Below the pieces are notes generated by a model, which was not told the DNA's origin, ran no database searches, and was given only the letters and a program-made list of their open reading frames with translations. 64,000 nt of DNA from Azolla caroliniana. Its lineage: Eukaryota; Plantae; Polypodiophyta. The DNA lies in the NCBI GenBank assembly GCA_043228905.1, contig JBHGNT010000008.1:20770001-20834000 (forward strand). Direction: 5' to 3'. A program made the position numbers and the translations under genes. Within the stretch, counting starts at the first letter, position 1. The number at the start of each line of letters is the position of its first letter. This document shows positions 1 through 13,600 of the stretch, piece by piece.

Positions 1-703
1 TTGAAACCTTTTACACACAGAGAAAATACATCAGAGTAAAATCAAGAGATCATTCGACCAGATTTAGAACAGATTCTCATTTTCCAGCTTCAATGGAAAA
101 CCTCGAACTAGAGCAGGAAATAGAGACTAATTATGACTTTAGAATGACAGTAAATAGTTCAGAGGAAGATCACAAGATCAATCGGAAAGTATTTTGATTC
201 CAATTTCAACAGAAGCCTCAAAGGTTTCAGCGGGAAACAGAAACTTAGTCATAAGTTTCTCATAGGAAGATCAGGATATCATTAAAACACGAACTTCCGA
301 TAAACCAGATTCAATGGATACCTCGGAAATTTGACACGTAATAGGAAATCGCTCAGGAACACCTCAGAGAAAGCTCACGGGATCATTTCAATCAATTTTA
401 CAAGAAGGCTTCCATTTCCAAGGGAAAAACCTTCGAAATGAAGCAGGAAACAGATTTTCCAAACAGATCTCCAATTCTGATGGGAAAACTTTCGAAATGG
501 AGCACAGGGAACAGAGGAAACATACCGTGGAGAAGCGATGTCGATTACGAGAGTTACTGTTCGTATTGTAGAGAGGACGGGGAACGCCGCCTTCATCGTG
601 GCCTTCTTCTGCAGGGGAGGAGAAGAAGCCACCATCGTCGTCGTTGCTCAGCAGATCCATGGCGTTCTTCTCAGACCTCATCGCATGTACATATACGTAG
701 ACC

Positions 704-986
704 GTATGTATGTAATGTATGTATGTATGTATGTATGTATGTATGTATGTATGTATGTATAGTATCTATGTTTGTATGGTATGCTATGTATGTATGTATG
801 TATAGTATCTATGTTTGTATGGTATGCTATGTATGTATGTATGTATAGTATCTATGTTTGTATGGTATGCTATGTATGTATGTATGTATAGTATCTATGT
901 TTGTATGGTATGTATGTATGTATGTATGTATGTATGTATGTATATATGTATGCATAAATGTATAGTATCTATGTTTGTATGGTATG

Positions 987-1024
<38 letters not shown>
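704..1024. repeat. Compound microsatellite: (TATG)n interleaved with a ~40-45 bp unit (tatagtatctatgtttgtatggtatgc), ending in (TG)n
   Basis: Directly visible tandem units. The ORFs here are low-complexity MYVC artefacts. Confidence 0.95.
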
Positions 1025-1026
<2 letters not shown>

Positions 1027-2711
1027 CTCTTCTTTCTTCTTCTTAGGGTTTTGCTAGTACATGGTGGCCTAATCTTCCATTGGTTTCTCGAAGATGAGGT
1101 TCTTGCTTTTGAACCCTCCACATATCCAATATTGCCTCCACTCGTTCTGATTTAAGTGTACATAGTAATGACTAGGACAATTTAGCAATGTAATAATCGA
1201 GACATGTAGTGGTATTGTCTTTAGTAATATAGATGGATGTTAACTATCTATGTGCATACATTTTTCTATGAATGTGTGTGTATCCATGTTGATCAACTAT
1301 CGAGGAAAGTCATCTACCTCCGCGTCCGTTTACGACAGGACCTTGAACTCCTTGCCATAGGTTTGAATTTGAGCTCGACCTGGAAATTGTTATTGATTTA
1401 TTATTGGCAGTCGTCCTTTGATTGGCCATATGCGTCATTTTGTTATCCTTTTGTGTTTTTTATGTCTCTCTTCTTCCTATTGTGGTAGGAATATGTTGAT
1501 GATGATGATAGGAAACCCTAATATGAGGTAAACACCCACAAAAGAAATGTATAGACTTTTGTGTTTGTTATGTCTCAAGTCATGACATGGTCACATTTAT
1601 GCCCTTCTATTTATTGTTTCTAATTATTTGGAGGGTTTCATCTCACATTGAGGTAGATCGTATATGTATGTATATGGTTAAACTTATATCTATGTGTATA
1701 CATGTATATATCCTTGCTATGTATGTGTATGTAAGGAATCAAGATTGTTTGTATATGCATAAAGGTACAAATGCACGCAATATTCATGTTGCAACTAAAG
1801 TTCTGACATCGTGATCTTGTAGATATATTGAATGTGGATAAATTCGTGAAATTCTTCCTTCAAGCTTACATTGTAGTGGTAACCAAATTTTTTACTAGTA
1901 CTAGTTTATTCTGTAAATGAATATGTATGTATTATCAAAAAGATGCATATATAGGTTCGCGTATATCGCAATCCTAAGTCGTGTTTGTAGAAATTACGAG
2001 TTTTAAAGCTTGCATAAGAGTCTTTGACTCTAGTGGTTTTTGGAGAGGAAAATGAAGGACTTCTCAAAGTTACCTTCTTTAATGTACACATATTTGCATC
2101 CATGTCCCTATAATATAATATAATGTGTGTGTGTGTGTGTGTGTGTGTGTGACAACCCCTTTATAATCTTTTTGTTTGCTTGCACAACAAGGTTGGAGAA
2201 ATGTTTAGATGTGTTGTGTAGCTCGCTTGATTTGGCGCACTTGTGTCCATTGGTGGAACCAATTGTAGAAGGAAGTGCACTTTCACATGTGGCCTTAATT
2301 ATTGTCAAAGGGCACACTAAATACTTGGCACAAGCACATTTCATGTGCCCTTGTTTTAGGTGGGGTACCTTATAAGGGAAAAAGGGGAAAGCAAAGGATA
2401 TTTTGGACTATTAAACATTGTGTAGGTTGAAAATATGAATAATAACAAAATCAAAGTGCATTTTTAACACATACATCGCACTAGTATTGTTCTCGATCAA
2501 ACCTACTCTTCTAACAACTCATTGCACATGTTTTAAGGACACTATTATCCACTGTAGTACCTCACCATCAAAATGAACCATACAGGAAAAGGGCAAGGTG
2601 CGAAACAAAAAATATTTTGATATGTTTACAATATCAAATCTTGGTGGTGAACTAGGCAAGAATGGTTGTAAAACACTCTTGAGCTAGTATCTTAGCTAAC
2701 CTTAGTGATTA

Positions 2712-2714
<3 letters not shown>

Positions 2715-2770
<56 letters not shown>
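2715..2770. repeat. (CT)n microsatellite
   Basis: Perfect CT dinucleotide run of about 56 bp. Confidence 0.95.
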
Positions 2771-2773
<3 letters not shown>

Positions 2774-3060
2774 CAGAATGGGGAAACCATACACATTGAT
2801 ACATGTTAGAGCCCATCCCATTGTCTGCCATTCAAACCATTGCTTCCATGCGACTTAGCTCACATGCATTGCGATATGAGATGAGGCATTGGGGCACAAG
2901 TGATGAGAGTGGTCGACTATGCACACTTTGCCTTAAACAAGTTCGAGAGTCTTGAGTATCACACTTTGATACAATGCTCTGCCTTTGATAATATTCAACC
3001 ATGCTTTCCATACATTTTTGACCAAGCCCAATCCTTACATGAATTTCTCACAACTACAAT

Positions 3061-3592
3061 TAACAATCGGCAACGGTTCGTTTTGAACTGAACCGAACCG
3101 AACCGCGAAACTGCGGTTTAACGGCTTAACGATTTCAACGGTTTGGTTTGGTTTGGTTCGGTTCAAGTTTGGGTTTTTTTTAACGGTTCGGTTTGGTTTC
3201 ATTAGTAAAAAACCGTGGTTTAAACGGTTAAACAATTATTTATTATTTATTTTTAAAAAAATTGTAAAAAATTTTAAAATTTGTTTTTAAACAATCTTTT
3301 CATTTTTAGACCTTGTTTTCACATTTTAGGAACATCTTAAAAAATTTTAAAATTTTTAAAAATGAAATATTATAAATTTTAAAAAATTAAAAATTAAAAA
3401 TTAAAAAATTGACCTCTGTTGAAAACCGAAACCAAACCATGAAATCGTGGTTTTTATGGTTTAATGGTTTAACGGTTTGAAAAAGGTTTAACGGTTTGGT
3501 TTAACAGTTTTGCGGTTCGGTTCAGGTTTTAAAAATTTTAAACGGTTTGGTTTGGACCCTCTCAAACCGAACCGAACCGTTGCCGATTGTTA
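3061..3592. mobile_element. Non-autonomous hAT-family DNA transposon (MITE)
   Basis: 20-bp terminal inverted repeats (TAACAATCGGCAACGGTTCG ... CGAACCGTTGCCGATTGTTA). 8-bp target duplication ACTACAAT at 3053-3060 and 3593-3600. Many subterminal AACCG/CGGTT motifs around an AT-rich core. An 8-bp TSD is typical of hAT. Confidence 0.9.
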
Positions 3593-6439
3593 ACTACAAT
3601 GTGCAGTCTCGGTTACAACATTCATTGGTAAAGTTCTTGAACATCGAGGATTGCTACTCACTTTCACATGTACACGTGAAATGTAATGTTTTTGGTCTCA
3701 TAGGTCATATTTGACCTCTGAAGATGACAATATAATCTATCTATCTATTTATCTACCATATCTATCTATCTCTCCTGCTTTACTCGATCTTGCAACAAAA
3801 ATAGATAATAAACAAAAGAGGCAAAAAGAATAATTACACCACTTCTTATTATCAAAGAGGTTTAGCACCATAAAAGAGTAAAGGGACTAGGGTTTGGCGT
3901 AACTAGCTCTCAACCCTAATCACTATTAGTTCTAATAAAAGAGTAGGGGATAGAGGAAAGTGTTAAATACACTACTAGAAAGGAGAAAACCCAAGATTGG
4001 AGAAAAATCATCAAAAGGTGACTTTTATAGCTTTTTACAAGGTTTATGGTTTCCCTTTGCTCTAGGTTGCCCATTGATTAGAATGCTTCCTAATTGGGTT
4101 TGCTCTATCGCCCTTTTCCTATGGTTTGTTGAGCCCAATGTCGCTTGTTGGTGCCTTGGTCTCCAGAACCGGTGTCTTGGGTACCAAATACTCAACAAGT
4201 CAAGTTTGTGAGTGGATGGACATGGCAATCAGCATTTTGCTCATGCCAAGCTCTCGAGGAAGATAAGTGATGGTGGATGCAAAAGTGAAAAAGGGTGTGC
4301 ATGGTAAAAAGAGAGATACTACTTTTGTTCACTTGAGGAGATCTAGATGCCTATAAAAGGAGGAGGAGAGCTCATTGTAAATGGATGGAATTTTGTTAAA
4401 GATGAAAGCATTACCGAAATTTCGACATGAGATTGGGATTGTGAATCAGAGTGATTGAAGTATATTCACTCCTAGTTACAACACAAGTATGATGAACCCT
4501 TCCTCAAAACAAAAACCTACTACTACACTCTATTAGACCTACAGTAGCTCTTAGGATTAGATAATTGAACCTTTGAAATTTTGTCCACTAAAATTAGACT
4601 TCTCAAGCATTCCAACAAGCTACAATTCACTAAATTCGGTAAACCTTATGGGTGTCAACTTACTTTCACAAAACAGGCTAAAATTAGTCCAAACAATAAC
4701 TATGGGCCAAAACAGTTAAAAGTATGACTAAACGATTTATAAGTTCAACGATAAATATATGGTTTGGCTTGGTTTTCAATTTTATGGTTTATCGGTTTGT
4801 CAGTTTATCAATTTATAACTTTATCGGTTTCAATTTATGTGGTTCGGTTTAAAGGTTTATACATATTAACTTTAAGAAATAACCCTAAATTTTCACTCTA
4901 ACTTTGTAAGTTTCAACTTTGAAGTTTAAACGCTAGAGCTAGAGGCTAGAACATTTAGTTTTGATCGTGAAGACTCTAGTGTCGAGTCACGACGAGAGTC
5001 CACTGTTCCTTCGCTCTTGTTGTGAGGGTCAATTCTCCCACTTCTGTTTGCGTGCAATGTCCGTCGTCTAGAGTGCTCCCTCTCTCTCTGCCAAACAATT
5101 TAATCATATTGCACAAAAGTTCATTCCACCTAAGAAACAAAGATCACATGAAAATTTATTATGTATTCGTGAAAAAAGAAAGAGAGCCAAATAGCTTGAT
5201 GAATCTTACCTTCACACTATTGTCATTTCCCTCATGACAATGAAAGCATACTTTATGAGGGGCATTGAGAACAAAGTGTGTATGATGAGGGAGAGTGCTC
5301 CCATAAGCTCATCTAGTTCACTCCCTATGTAAATCCATCAAGGAAAATACTATGATAAACATAGAGAGGAGATGTACCCAACTCTCCATACACAACTCCA
5401 AGGCTTTGGAATGTAAACCGAAGAGTAACCAGAGTTGTCAAAGTCTTAGCAAACTATGAATAGTGATAGTGAAGACAAAAAGCATGATGTTGAAATATTA
5501 AAATTGAGAATTTCTTATCTCCATTAGAAAAAGTAGAGAAATTGAATTAGGACTTTTTTATTTCTCATAGAAAATGGATCTAAACATATGGTTATATATC
5601 TGAACAAGGTGTTAAGAAGTGGTAGAGGAGTTGTCTTACCTTGGTTACTTGTGGAGGTCTAGTGAGTTGTTCACCTTGAATGTCGAGGGGTTGATCTAGA
5701 CGTTGGTTCAGCTCAATGAGGTTACCATGGTTTTGTATGGATTGAGAAGAAGCAGACATGACGACTATGTAGAGGAAGGAATCTCTATGAGAACCCAATA
5801 CAAGAAGAAGAAGAAGAAGAAGGGATATGGGGGTAAGGTTAAGATAAGGACAATAGAAGGGATGAGAATAGGGATTCATGACCATCATCATCATCAAAAA
5901 AAGAAGAAAAAAGACAGAAACAGAAATGACTCTTTTCTCGCCATAGTTGGGATGCCACTTTGCATGTTTTTAGAGTTGCATTTTTCGTTCTTTGTTTCTG
6001 ATCATCATCATCACCATGAGAGAAGCCTTCTCTAAATCTAAAGATCCCTAAATTTAGAGGTCTTGGGCGACAAATTAAGCCCTTGGTTGTGGGAAGCATC
6101 AAAATGATGGACAACCTTATTGCCAAACTCTAATAATAGATGTACTCAATGAGTGATTGTTTTTCAACCGTCCAAAAGAACAAAAGGTTCAATTTCATTA
6201 CCCCCCTATAACTTGAGGAGGTAGTTTGATCCAATTTGTATTTCTACATGATGCAATTTCAATTAGATTGCTACTTATATAAGATAGAGATGAAGCCGTT
6301 CAATTAGATTGCTACTGTTATATATGATAGGGATCAGTTGGGTGGGGTCGTAAAAAAGAGGGGATAGAAAGAGGGTCGGATTGTTGGTAGGCCTAGGATG
6401 TTATGGAAAAACATAATCCATGAAGGAAATTTTATGGAA

Positions 6440-6775
6440 TTAAAGCCAAGTCTAGAGATGTCATGAGAGAGTGAGAGGAGAGAGAGAGAGAGAATGTGAG
6501 AGAATCACAAGAGAGAGTATGATAAAAGGATATTATAAGAAAAGGAGTACAAGGATCGGAACAACTTAGAGGCTTAAGACTAGTGTTGAACTACATTGGT
6601 TGTGAATAGTACAATATGCCTCTATTTACAGGGCCCTTCAAGAGTATTTTAAAGTTTCAAGAATGTTCCAGAGTTTTGGATTATTCATGAATTTTCAAGA
6701 TTACTCCATAAAGTTCTAGAACCTAGGTGAAATGATCCATGTACCATATGGTCATGGGTTCAATTCTTAATGTGA
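6440..6775 (-). mobile_element. Degenerate LTR related to the Gypsy/chromovirus family in this window
   Basis: Shares motifs with LTR 20812-21256: GA-rich block, gaggcttaagactagtgttgaac, ctatttacag, ttctagaa, ggtcatgggttcaattctt. Ends are not resolvable. Confidence 0.5.
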
Positions 6776-9579
6776 GTTTAAATTAAGTGGGTGTATTTAA
6801 ACCTAGATTATGCACTCTCAATGAGAGCCTACAAAATACCCAAAAATTGAGAGTGTATACACTCTCCAATGCTTTGCTTATATAGTGCTCCAACAAAAGT
6901 TTGTGTGGAATTTGAATTCAAAAGTTCCAAATTTCCCCACTTTTTTTCATTACAAGTCATGGACAAGTGGTTGTGTGTACTCCAACAAAAAATTGTGTGG
7001 CGACGAAGCCTTCTCTCTAGTCCCCTAAACTGAAACTCAAGGATCTCCTTTCGAAGCTCCACTAAATTTGATATCTCTATCTTCTTTAACTACTCATCTT
7101 TCAATCCATTCCATATAACAAAGTCAATATTTTTCTCGTTTGTAAATGTATATTTCAATCCTTGAGGATTTCTGCCTTTTTGGTATTCATATTAAATTAA
7201 CTTCATTGATCTACTATCTAACATTATTCACCATTGAACAGGCATCACGTAAAAATTTTCCATTCAGAAATTCGAGCTCAAAGGGCAAAGTTACATGATT
7301 TTGGAGCTTAATTGATGAAAGACAATTTCCAAATTATTACACTGAAAAAGTCGCCACATCGTATGAAGGTCTTGCCTCGAGGGTCGAGAATGCAAATGAA
7401 GGAGGACAAAAACACAAATCCCCAACAAGGGAGGGCTAGTTTTGAAAATTCTTGAAAATATGAAGCCTCAAATCCTGCTTCAAAATCGGGGATAGTTTTA
7501 TAGTTTGTCAAAAAGGGGAGCCGTTGACTCTAGGAAACCCCAAAGGTCGTCTCTGACTCAGTCTAAATAGAGGGTTCAACCTTTGATTCATATTGAATCG
7601 AGGGTTGAGCCGCCCATTCCAACCTAAGAATTACCTCTACCACAATTCATACTAATGTCTCTGTCTATATTCCACCCCATATTGACGGCCTCCATTAATG
7701 GTTCCCACATCCCCTGCACCATTACATACATTCAAATTATTTATACAATGTTAAACACTCACACACACATGCACCACTACAAATAATCACACATCAAAGG
7801 GAATGGTCATCAGAGCAAGATGTGTATAGAGAACCTAAGTACAAGTTGATCAATACGTCATTGGATAATTATATTAATACGTTTCGTTTTCTTTGGCGTC
7901 ATGATTCGAAATGATCCAAGTGGTCTCTGATGGTGTTGAGAGGGTAGAATACAACAACATATTAAATGAATGTCAAGTTTGCTTTTCCAAAGGGTTATCT
8001 CAAGGCGGATGTATTCATAAGGTAGCCATAGGTTTGAGATACCCAATTTAGAAAACAAGGTCTTGAGTTTGGGTAGTTAGCTTTGTTTCAGTTGAAGCAA
8101 GCACCTGGAAGGGGTGATGCAAATGAATTGATGGATACTATATGCAAGAAAATAGATTTAAGAGATGTCAAGCAATTATGGCCCTCTAAGACAAACCAAC
8201 TGGAAGTGTCATATGTGAAAAATCTTGTTTTCATCAAAGTTCTAAAGGAGACTTGGATTGGAGAGTAACGACGATGAGTTTTGAATTCAAGATGATGAAT
8301 CTATATGTTTATCACGCTTTTGTTTAGGCTAGATGTGTATCAAGGCAATAAAGAGATATTTGAAGCTCGAGGAATGCATGGTTAACTCTCGAAGTGTTTG
8401 GGATGGAGGATTGTAAACTCACTTTCACATCGATGGAAGACTATTTATAATGATGGAGGTCTATCTAAAGTTGTTCAAGGCTAATGGATGATTGAAGAGA
8501 ATAGACAAATTCTCGACTATGATCGGGAGTCTCCTATATTTGTCCAACATACCTAACATTTGGAAGTGCTAGCAATTTTCATGCTTGATTGATATGAAGA
8601 AGAGTTATTAGCAAGCAAGGATACATATTACTCTCAAGCATCTAAAGGGTTATACGATCAAATATGACATCGTCCATCAAAGTTGGTTAAGGGATGTAAT
8701 TGATTCAGTGGTGTGACTTCGACTAGACTTGGGATCTACGAAATAGATGGTCAACCTCTAGATTTTATTTCTCATTAAGATTTGAAACATTCCACAAAAT
8801 GCTTCTAGAGAGTTATCTGCATGAGTTCTCAATTCTCGATCACCAACTTGAGAGACACCTCCGATGGATCTTTTGAATGGAGATGAGAATGGAAGACGAA
8901 AAAATTGACTAACTTTGGTTTTGTTAAGGTTGCTTGTCATTGTATAATGCAGCTACCTTGGAACTATTCAAACATCTCAATAATGCAAAAGACATTGTCC
9001 TCTCTAGTGTCCCCAACAAACCTGTTACTCAGCTTCCAAGGCAGACACTAGAGAAGAAAATGATGTCAAGGAAATGAATTAATTCATTTCAAGTTAATCA
9101 CAGTCACTCATGAACACTTGTTCTGTGTTCTCTTCCCTTCCATCCATTAATCCAGCATTGGATTTGTCATGTAAACTTACGATTTTAGTTTATATCATGC
9201 ACACTACTGGTTTGTTCATAAAGAAATGGCTTCACAACCTTTGATGACCTGACAATTTCAGCAATACATAGTATGAGAAGTCAATGTAATTACCAAGAGT
9301 AAAAAACCAACATTTGCAAATCAATGGTTATAGAAGTACACCCTTTAAGAATTTAACCAAACACTTTCTTGATACAAAGTAATGGAGTATACATACTTGG
9401 CATTGAACCAAATCCATGCAGCCTTTGGGCCATTAAGAGTTCAAAGCAAACCAAAGGCTCACAGATTTGGCAAAGACTTGAAGCAAGTCACATCCTGCTT
9501 TATTCAATTTGGGCTGAAGCCAGAAACCCTAATTCTGAGCTAAACTTTTTAGCAGCTATGGCATGCTAGCCCTCTTTTT

Positions 9580-9933
9580 CTAATGACCATACATATTGAT
9601 CACAAACTCCGTGATCTTTTCTGGATCGGGTAGAAGGGACACGACGGATGATTGCTCGAAAGCTTTAAGCCAAGCATGGAGGCGAGGATACTTTTCTTCG
9701 AAGCAGAACTTGAACCCTCTCACCGCTTCGATCACAGGGTACCAACAGAAGAATGGAGAAAACATTACATCTACGAACCCCATCCTCTCTCCTCCGAAGA
9801 ATGGCAAACCAGATTCTTCGGATACCTTCCCCAATGCCTCGTCGAAGGTTTCCAAACAAATCATTAGGTTCTCCTCCGCTGATTTCCGTGCATTGCCTTG
9901 CGAAAGTAGGATCTGAATGATTCCATCGAATAT
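9580..9933 (-). CDS. GSTU: Tau-class glutathione S-transferase, copy 1, exon 2 (C-terminal alpha-helical domain)
   Basis: Acceptor ttcttgacAG|ATATTC at 9934/9933. Translates IFDGIIQILLSQGNARKSAEENLMICLETFDEALG...FFGGERMGFVDV...KYPRLHAW...LPDPEK, which are typical tau GST C-domain motifs. Stop at 9580-9582. Confidence 0.92.
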   Translation of the reverse strand: MFDGIIQILLSQGNARKSAEENLMICLETFDEALGKVSEESGLPFFGGERMGFVDVMFSPFFCWYPVIEAVRGFKFCFEEKYPRLHAWLKAFEQSSVVSLLPDPEKITEFVINMYGH

Positions 9934-10029
9934 CTGTCAAGAAAGAAAGAAGCATCAGATATGGTGAGAATTGTCTAGCAAGAAATACTTCTTTAACCTT
10001 CTTTGTCATGATCCAGAAGATTGTTTAAC

Positions 10030-10365
10030 CTTCTTGTCCACGAAGTCGGCCCAGAATCGGGCAGTGGCCCGGTCATAGGCATCGGCCGGAAGCAGCTGAT
10101 TCTGATGGCCATCAAAAGCTTCATCGATGTATTGGACAATGATGGAAGACTCGCAGATGGCTCTGTCACCATGGAGGAGCACAGGTATCTTCTTGTACAC
10201 AGGGTTGGAAGCCAATAAGAGGGGGCTCTTCTGTGGCAAGTCCTCGGGGAGCTTCTCATAGTGGATCCCTTTGAGGGCCAAAGCAATGTCTACCCGCTGA
10301 GAGAAAGGGCTCTCCCAGAAGCACAGCAATCGGACCTTCTGAGCTTCCCCATGGTTCTCGGCCAT
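10030..10365 (-). CDS. GSTU: Tau-class glutathione S-transferase, copy 1, exon 1 (thioredoxin-like G-site domain); spliced product ~229 aa
   Basis: MAENH...W-E-S-PFSQRV (catalytic Ser), [38 protein letters not shown]. Donor AAG|GTTAAA. The single 96-bp phase-0 intron (9934-10029) lies at the conserved tau GST position. TATA-like CTATAAATA upstream near 10487-10495. Confidence 0.93.
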
Positions 10366-10636
10366 TCTCTCTCTCTCTAAGAATTCTAGTACTAATGAAT
10401 TTACTCTGTTTCTAAATTCTAGTGCTAGTACTTTAATTCTGGACTCTGTTTTTCTGGATTCTAGGACTAGTACTTAAAGATTCTCTATTTATAGGGTTGG
10501 AAGAGGTGACTCATAGATGTTTTTCAAACAGTTTTTGCATTCATATTTCATTGTTTGCTTCCCAAGGAAAAGAAAAGAAGATAGATGATGAAAGGAAAGA
10601 AACAAATAGATGTTTTTTTACATTTTCAATTTGTCT

Positions 10637-13600
10637 TGTAAAGACTCGGATATGATTATTGTGAAACGGAAGAGATGTGAGTTATGTCTGTATGTGTGAG
10701 AGGAGAGAGGAGAGGGGAGAAACACAAGATAGATAAGAGACAATATGAAGTACTCAAGAAGAAGAAGAAGAAGAAGATGTATATTAACAAGTAGAATATG
10801 AGATACAAAAAATAGCGTTACAAGGAGTCACGACCAACTTAAAATGGAGTAGGAGGACGGTGCTTTATATAGAGTCACCCTCTCTCTTCATTTACTCACT
10901 ACAACGTTCACTCTCTCACTAGAGCCTTGAGGAATGTGAAGTCTTATAGTCATGGGGAATGTGGAACCATTAGTTATGTGTCATAGAATATGAATCTATG
11001 ACACATAGTTTAATGTGTAGAGAGTGGTGGTGTGACTCTTGACCTTTGAGTAATCATAGATTCTCAAAAGGTGTGTTCACACGTTGCTCTATGTTGAACT
11101 TGATTCTCAACATGCCCCCTCAAGCTCAACTCAGGTCGGCTCCTTTCGGTCGATGTCCGTTTCGGCTGATATCCGGTTCAGACGATCTCTATTGTCCATT
11201 TCGGCTCGTACCCGGTTCAGTCGGTATTCAATTCTCGCTTGTACTCCCCCTCAAGCTTGGCAAGTCAGGGATCATCAATCCAAGGTCTGACATGAATTGC
11301 CGAAGCTTGTCGGCTCCTAGGGCTTTCGTGAAGATGTCGGCCGTTTGAAGATTTGTGTTGATGTGTAGAAGGTCGACATCTCCGGCTTGAACACACTCTC
11401 GAATGAAGGGATAGTGCACTTCGATATGCTTTGTGCGTGTGTGGATCACCGGGTTCCGAGCCAAATAAATACTGCTCATGTTGTTGTAGTAAAGGGGAGT
11501 CAAATCCTTGATGGGAACGCCCAGATCCTTCAAAATCCTCTTAAGCCATATGGCTTCACATGCAGCAACGGCTGCGCCCATGTATTCCGCCTCCGTACTC
11601 GAAAGAGCGACGATAGGCTGCTTCTTGCTACTCCACGAAATCTCTCCGCTGCCAAGGGAGAAGACGAATCCGGAGGTCGATCGTCTATCGGCTTTGTAGC
11701 TAGCCCAATCCGCGTCCGTGTATCCTTCAAGTCGTATTGGTGTGGCCAATTTGTAGAGAATGCCGGAATCCATTGTTCCGCTCACATATTGTAATACTCG
11801 CTTAGCACAATCGAAATGGATATCTCGCAGAGTTTGCATGAATTGGCTAAGGAGTCTGACTGGATAGCTAAGGTTGGGTCGTGTGATCGTGAGATAGATG
11901 AGACTCCTGATCAGTTGTCGATATTGAGTTGGATCGCACTCGTTCGTGCCAGAGTCGACATCTAGTTTGAGGTTTCTATCGAGAGGCGTAGCGATCGATT
12001 TGCACTCCATCATCCCGAACTTGTATAACAAGTTGAGAATGTAGTGCCGTTGAGAGATCATAATGCCGGCCGGATTCCGAATCACCTCGATGCCTAGGAA
12101 GTAGTGTAGCTCCTTCATGTCCGTCATCTCGAATTTGTTGGAGAGGAGGGACTTCACCTTGTTGATGTTGACTAAATGCTCACCTCCAATAACGAGATCA
12201 TCCATGTATGGAATGATGACAATTGGGCTTTTAGACTTGCTTCGTACATAGAGGGAGTTGTCGGATTTTGACATTCGAAAGCCGATTTGATGAAGATATT
12301 GCGTAATCTTCGAATGCCAAGCACGTGGTGCTTGCTTGAGGCCGTAGAGAGGCTTCTTGAGTCGACATACAACTTTCGGATGGATGTTGGATTCGAATCC
12401 GGGTGGTTGAACCATGTACACCTCCTCTTCCAATTCGCCTCGAAGAAAGGCGTTCTTGACGTCCATTTGGTGGAGGTGCCACCCTTTTGCTGCTGCGAGT
12501 GCAATTACGATCCGCACAGTCGTTATCTTTGCCACCGGGGCAAATGTTTCTTCGTAGTCAACGCCATGTGTTTGTGCGTATCCTTTCGCTACGAGTCGAG
12601 CTTTGTAGCGCTTGACGGAGCCGTCAACATTATACTTCACCTTGTAGATCCATCTGCAACCAATTGCCTTCTTGTGCGGTGAGTGGGGAACGAGATCCCA
12701 TGTCTCGTTCTTGCGTAGTGCACGCGTCTCCTCGTTCATTGCTTCGATCCATTGCGGGTCCTTTGCGGCTTCAGAAAAGGTTTCCGGCTCCTATACTGTT
12801 GCTACCTTCATCATAAAGGCGTAATGGTACGCCATATAATCGTTGTAGCCGAATCGACTTACGGGGTTCTTTTCACGCATGGACAGGCGGAGCTTCTCGT
12901 TTGCGGATACTACGACTTTCTCCGCTCCATTTGTCTGGATGTCAAGGCCTTCGAACTCATTATCGAGGGAGTGAGACGATTTGTTGCCATCAAAGTGATC
13001 GTCGTCATACTCCGGCATTTTCGCCTTCCCTTTGTCCATCTTCGGACTCGACCAAGATGTGCTTTGATCGCTCGGGGGCTCTTGTGGCCCACTAAGCCTT
13101 GTCGTAATTGGGCTTTCTTCGAACATGCGCGTGAGTCGATCTTCGGCTTCTATCTCTATTTCGGCGGAATCCAGGTCGAGCGGAATCGAAGTCGAACTCA
13201 TCTCTGGTGCGTACCAGGATGTGGACTCGTCGAAAACGACGTCTCGACTTACGCGAGATTTTCCAGTTGAGGGGTTGTAGCACTTGTACCCCTTTTGTTC
13301 TAGTGAGTATCCTACGAGGATACATTTCTCCGACTTCGGGTCGAGCTTTTGACGCTTCTCGTCGGGGATGTGCACGTATGCAATGGAGCCGAATATCTGA
13401 ACATGCGATAGGTCCAGCTTCTTTCCGAAAAACTTCTCGTGCGGAGTAGGTTCGTGCACACCCAATGTCGTACACCAATTCATGAGGTACACGGCCGTGT
13501 TAGCCGCTTCTAGCCAGTACGACTTCAGCACGTGCTTTTTGTTCATCATGGCCCGTGCTACTTCGAGGATGTGCCGATTCTTTCGTTTGGCCACTCCGTT

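Noticed and set aside
375-2375. Short ORFs with MYVC/CVCV repeats
   Set aside because: Translations of (TATG)n and (TG)n microsatellites with no domain motifs.
3850-6220. Possible ancient LTR and gag remnants with K/H-rich short ORFs
   Set aside because: No termini, TSD or recognisable domain. ORFs derive from (AAG)n and (CAT)n runs.
7860-8920. Possible very old retroelement pol/integrase remnant
   Set aside because: Only faint, frame-broken hints; no motif strong enough to call by eye.
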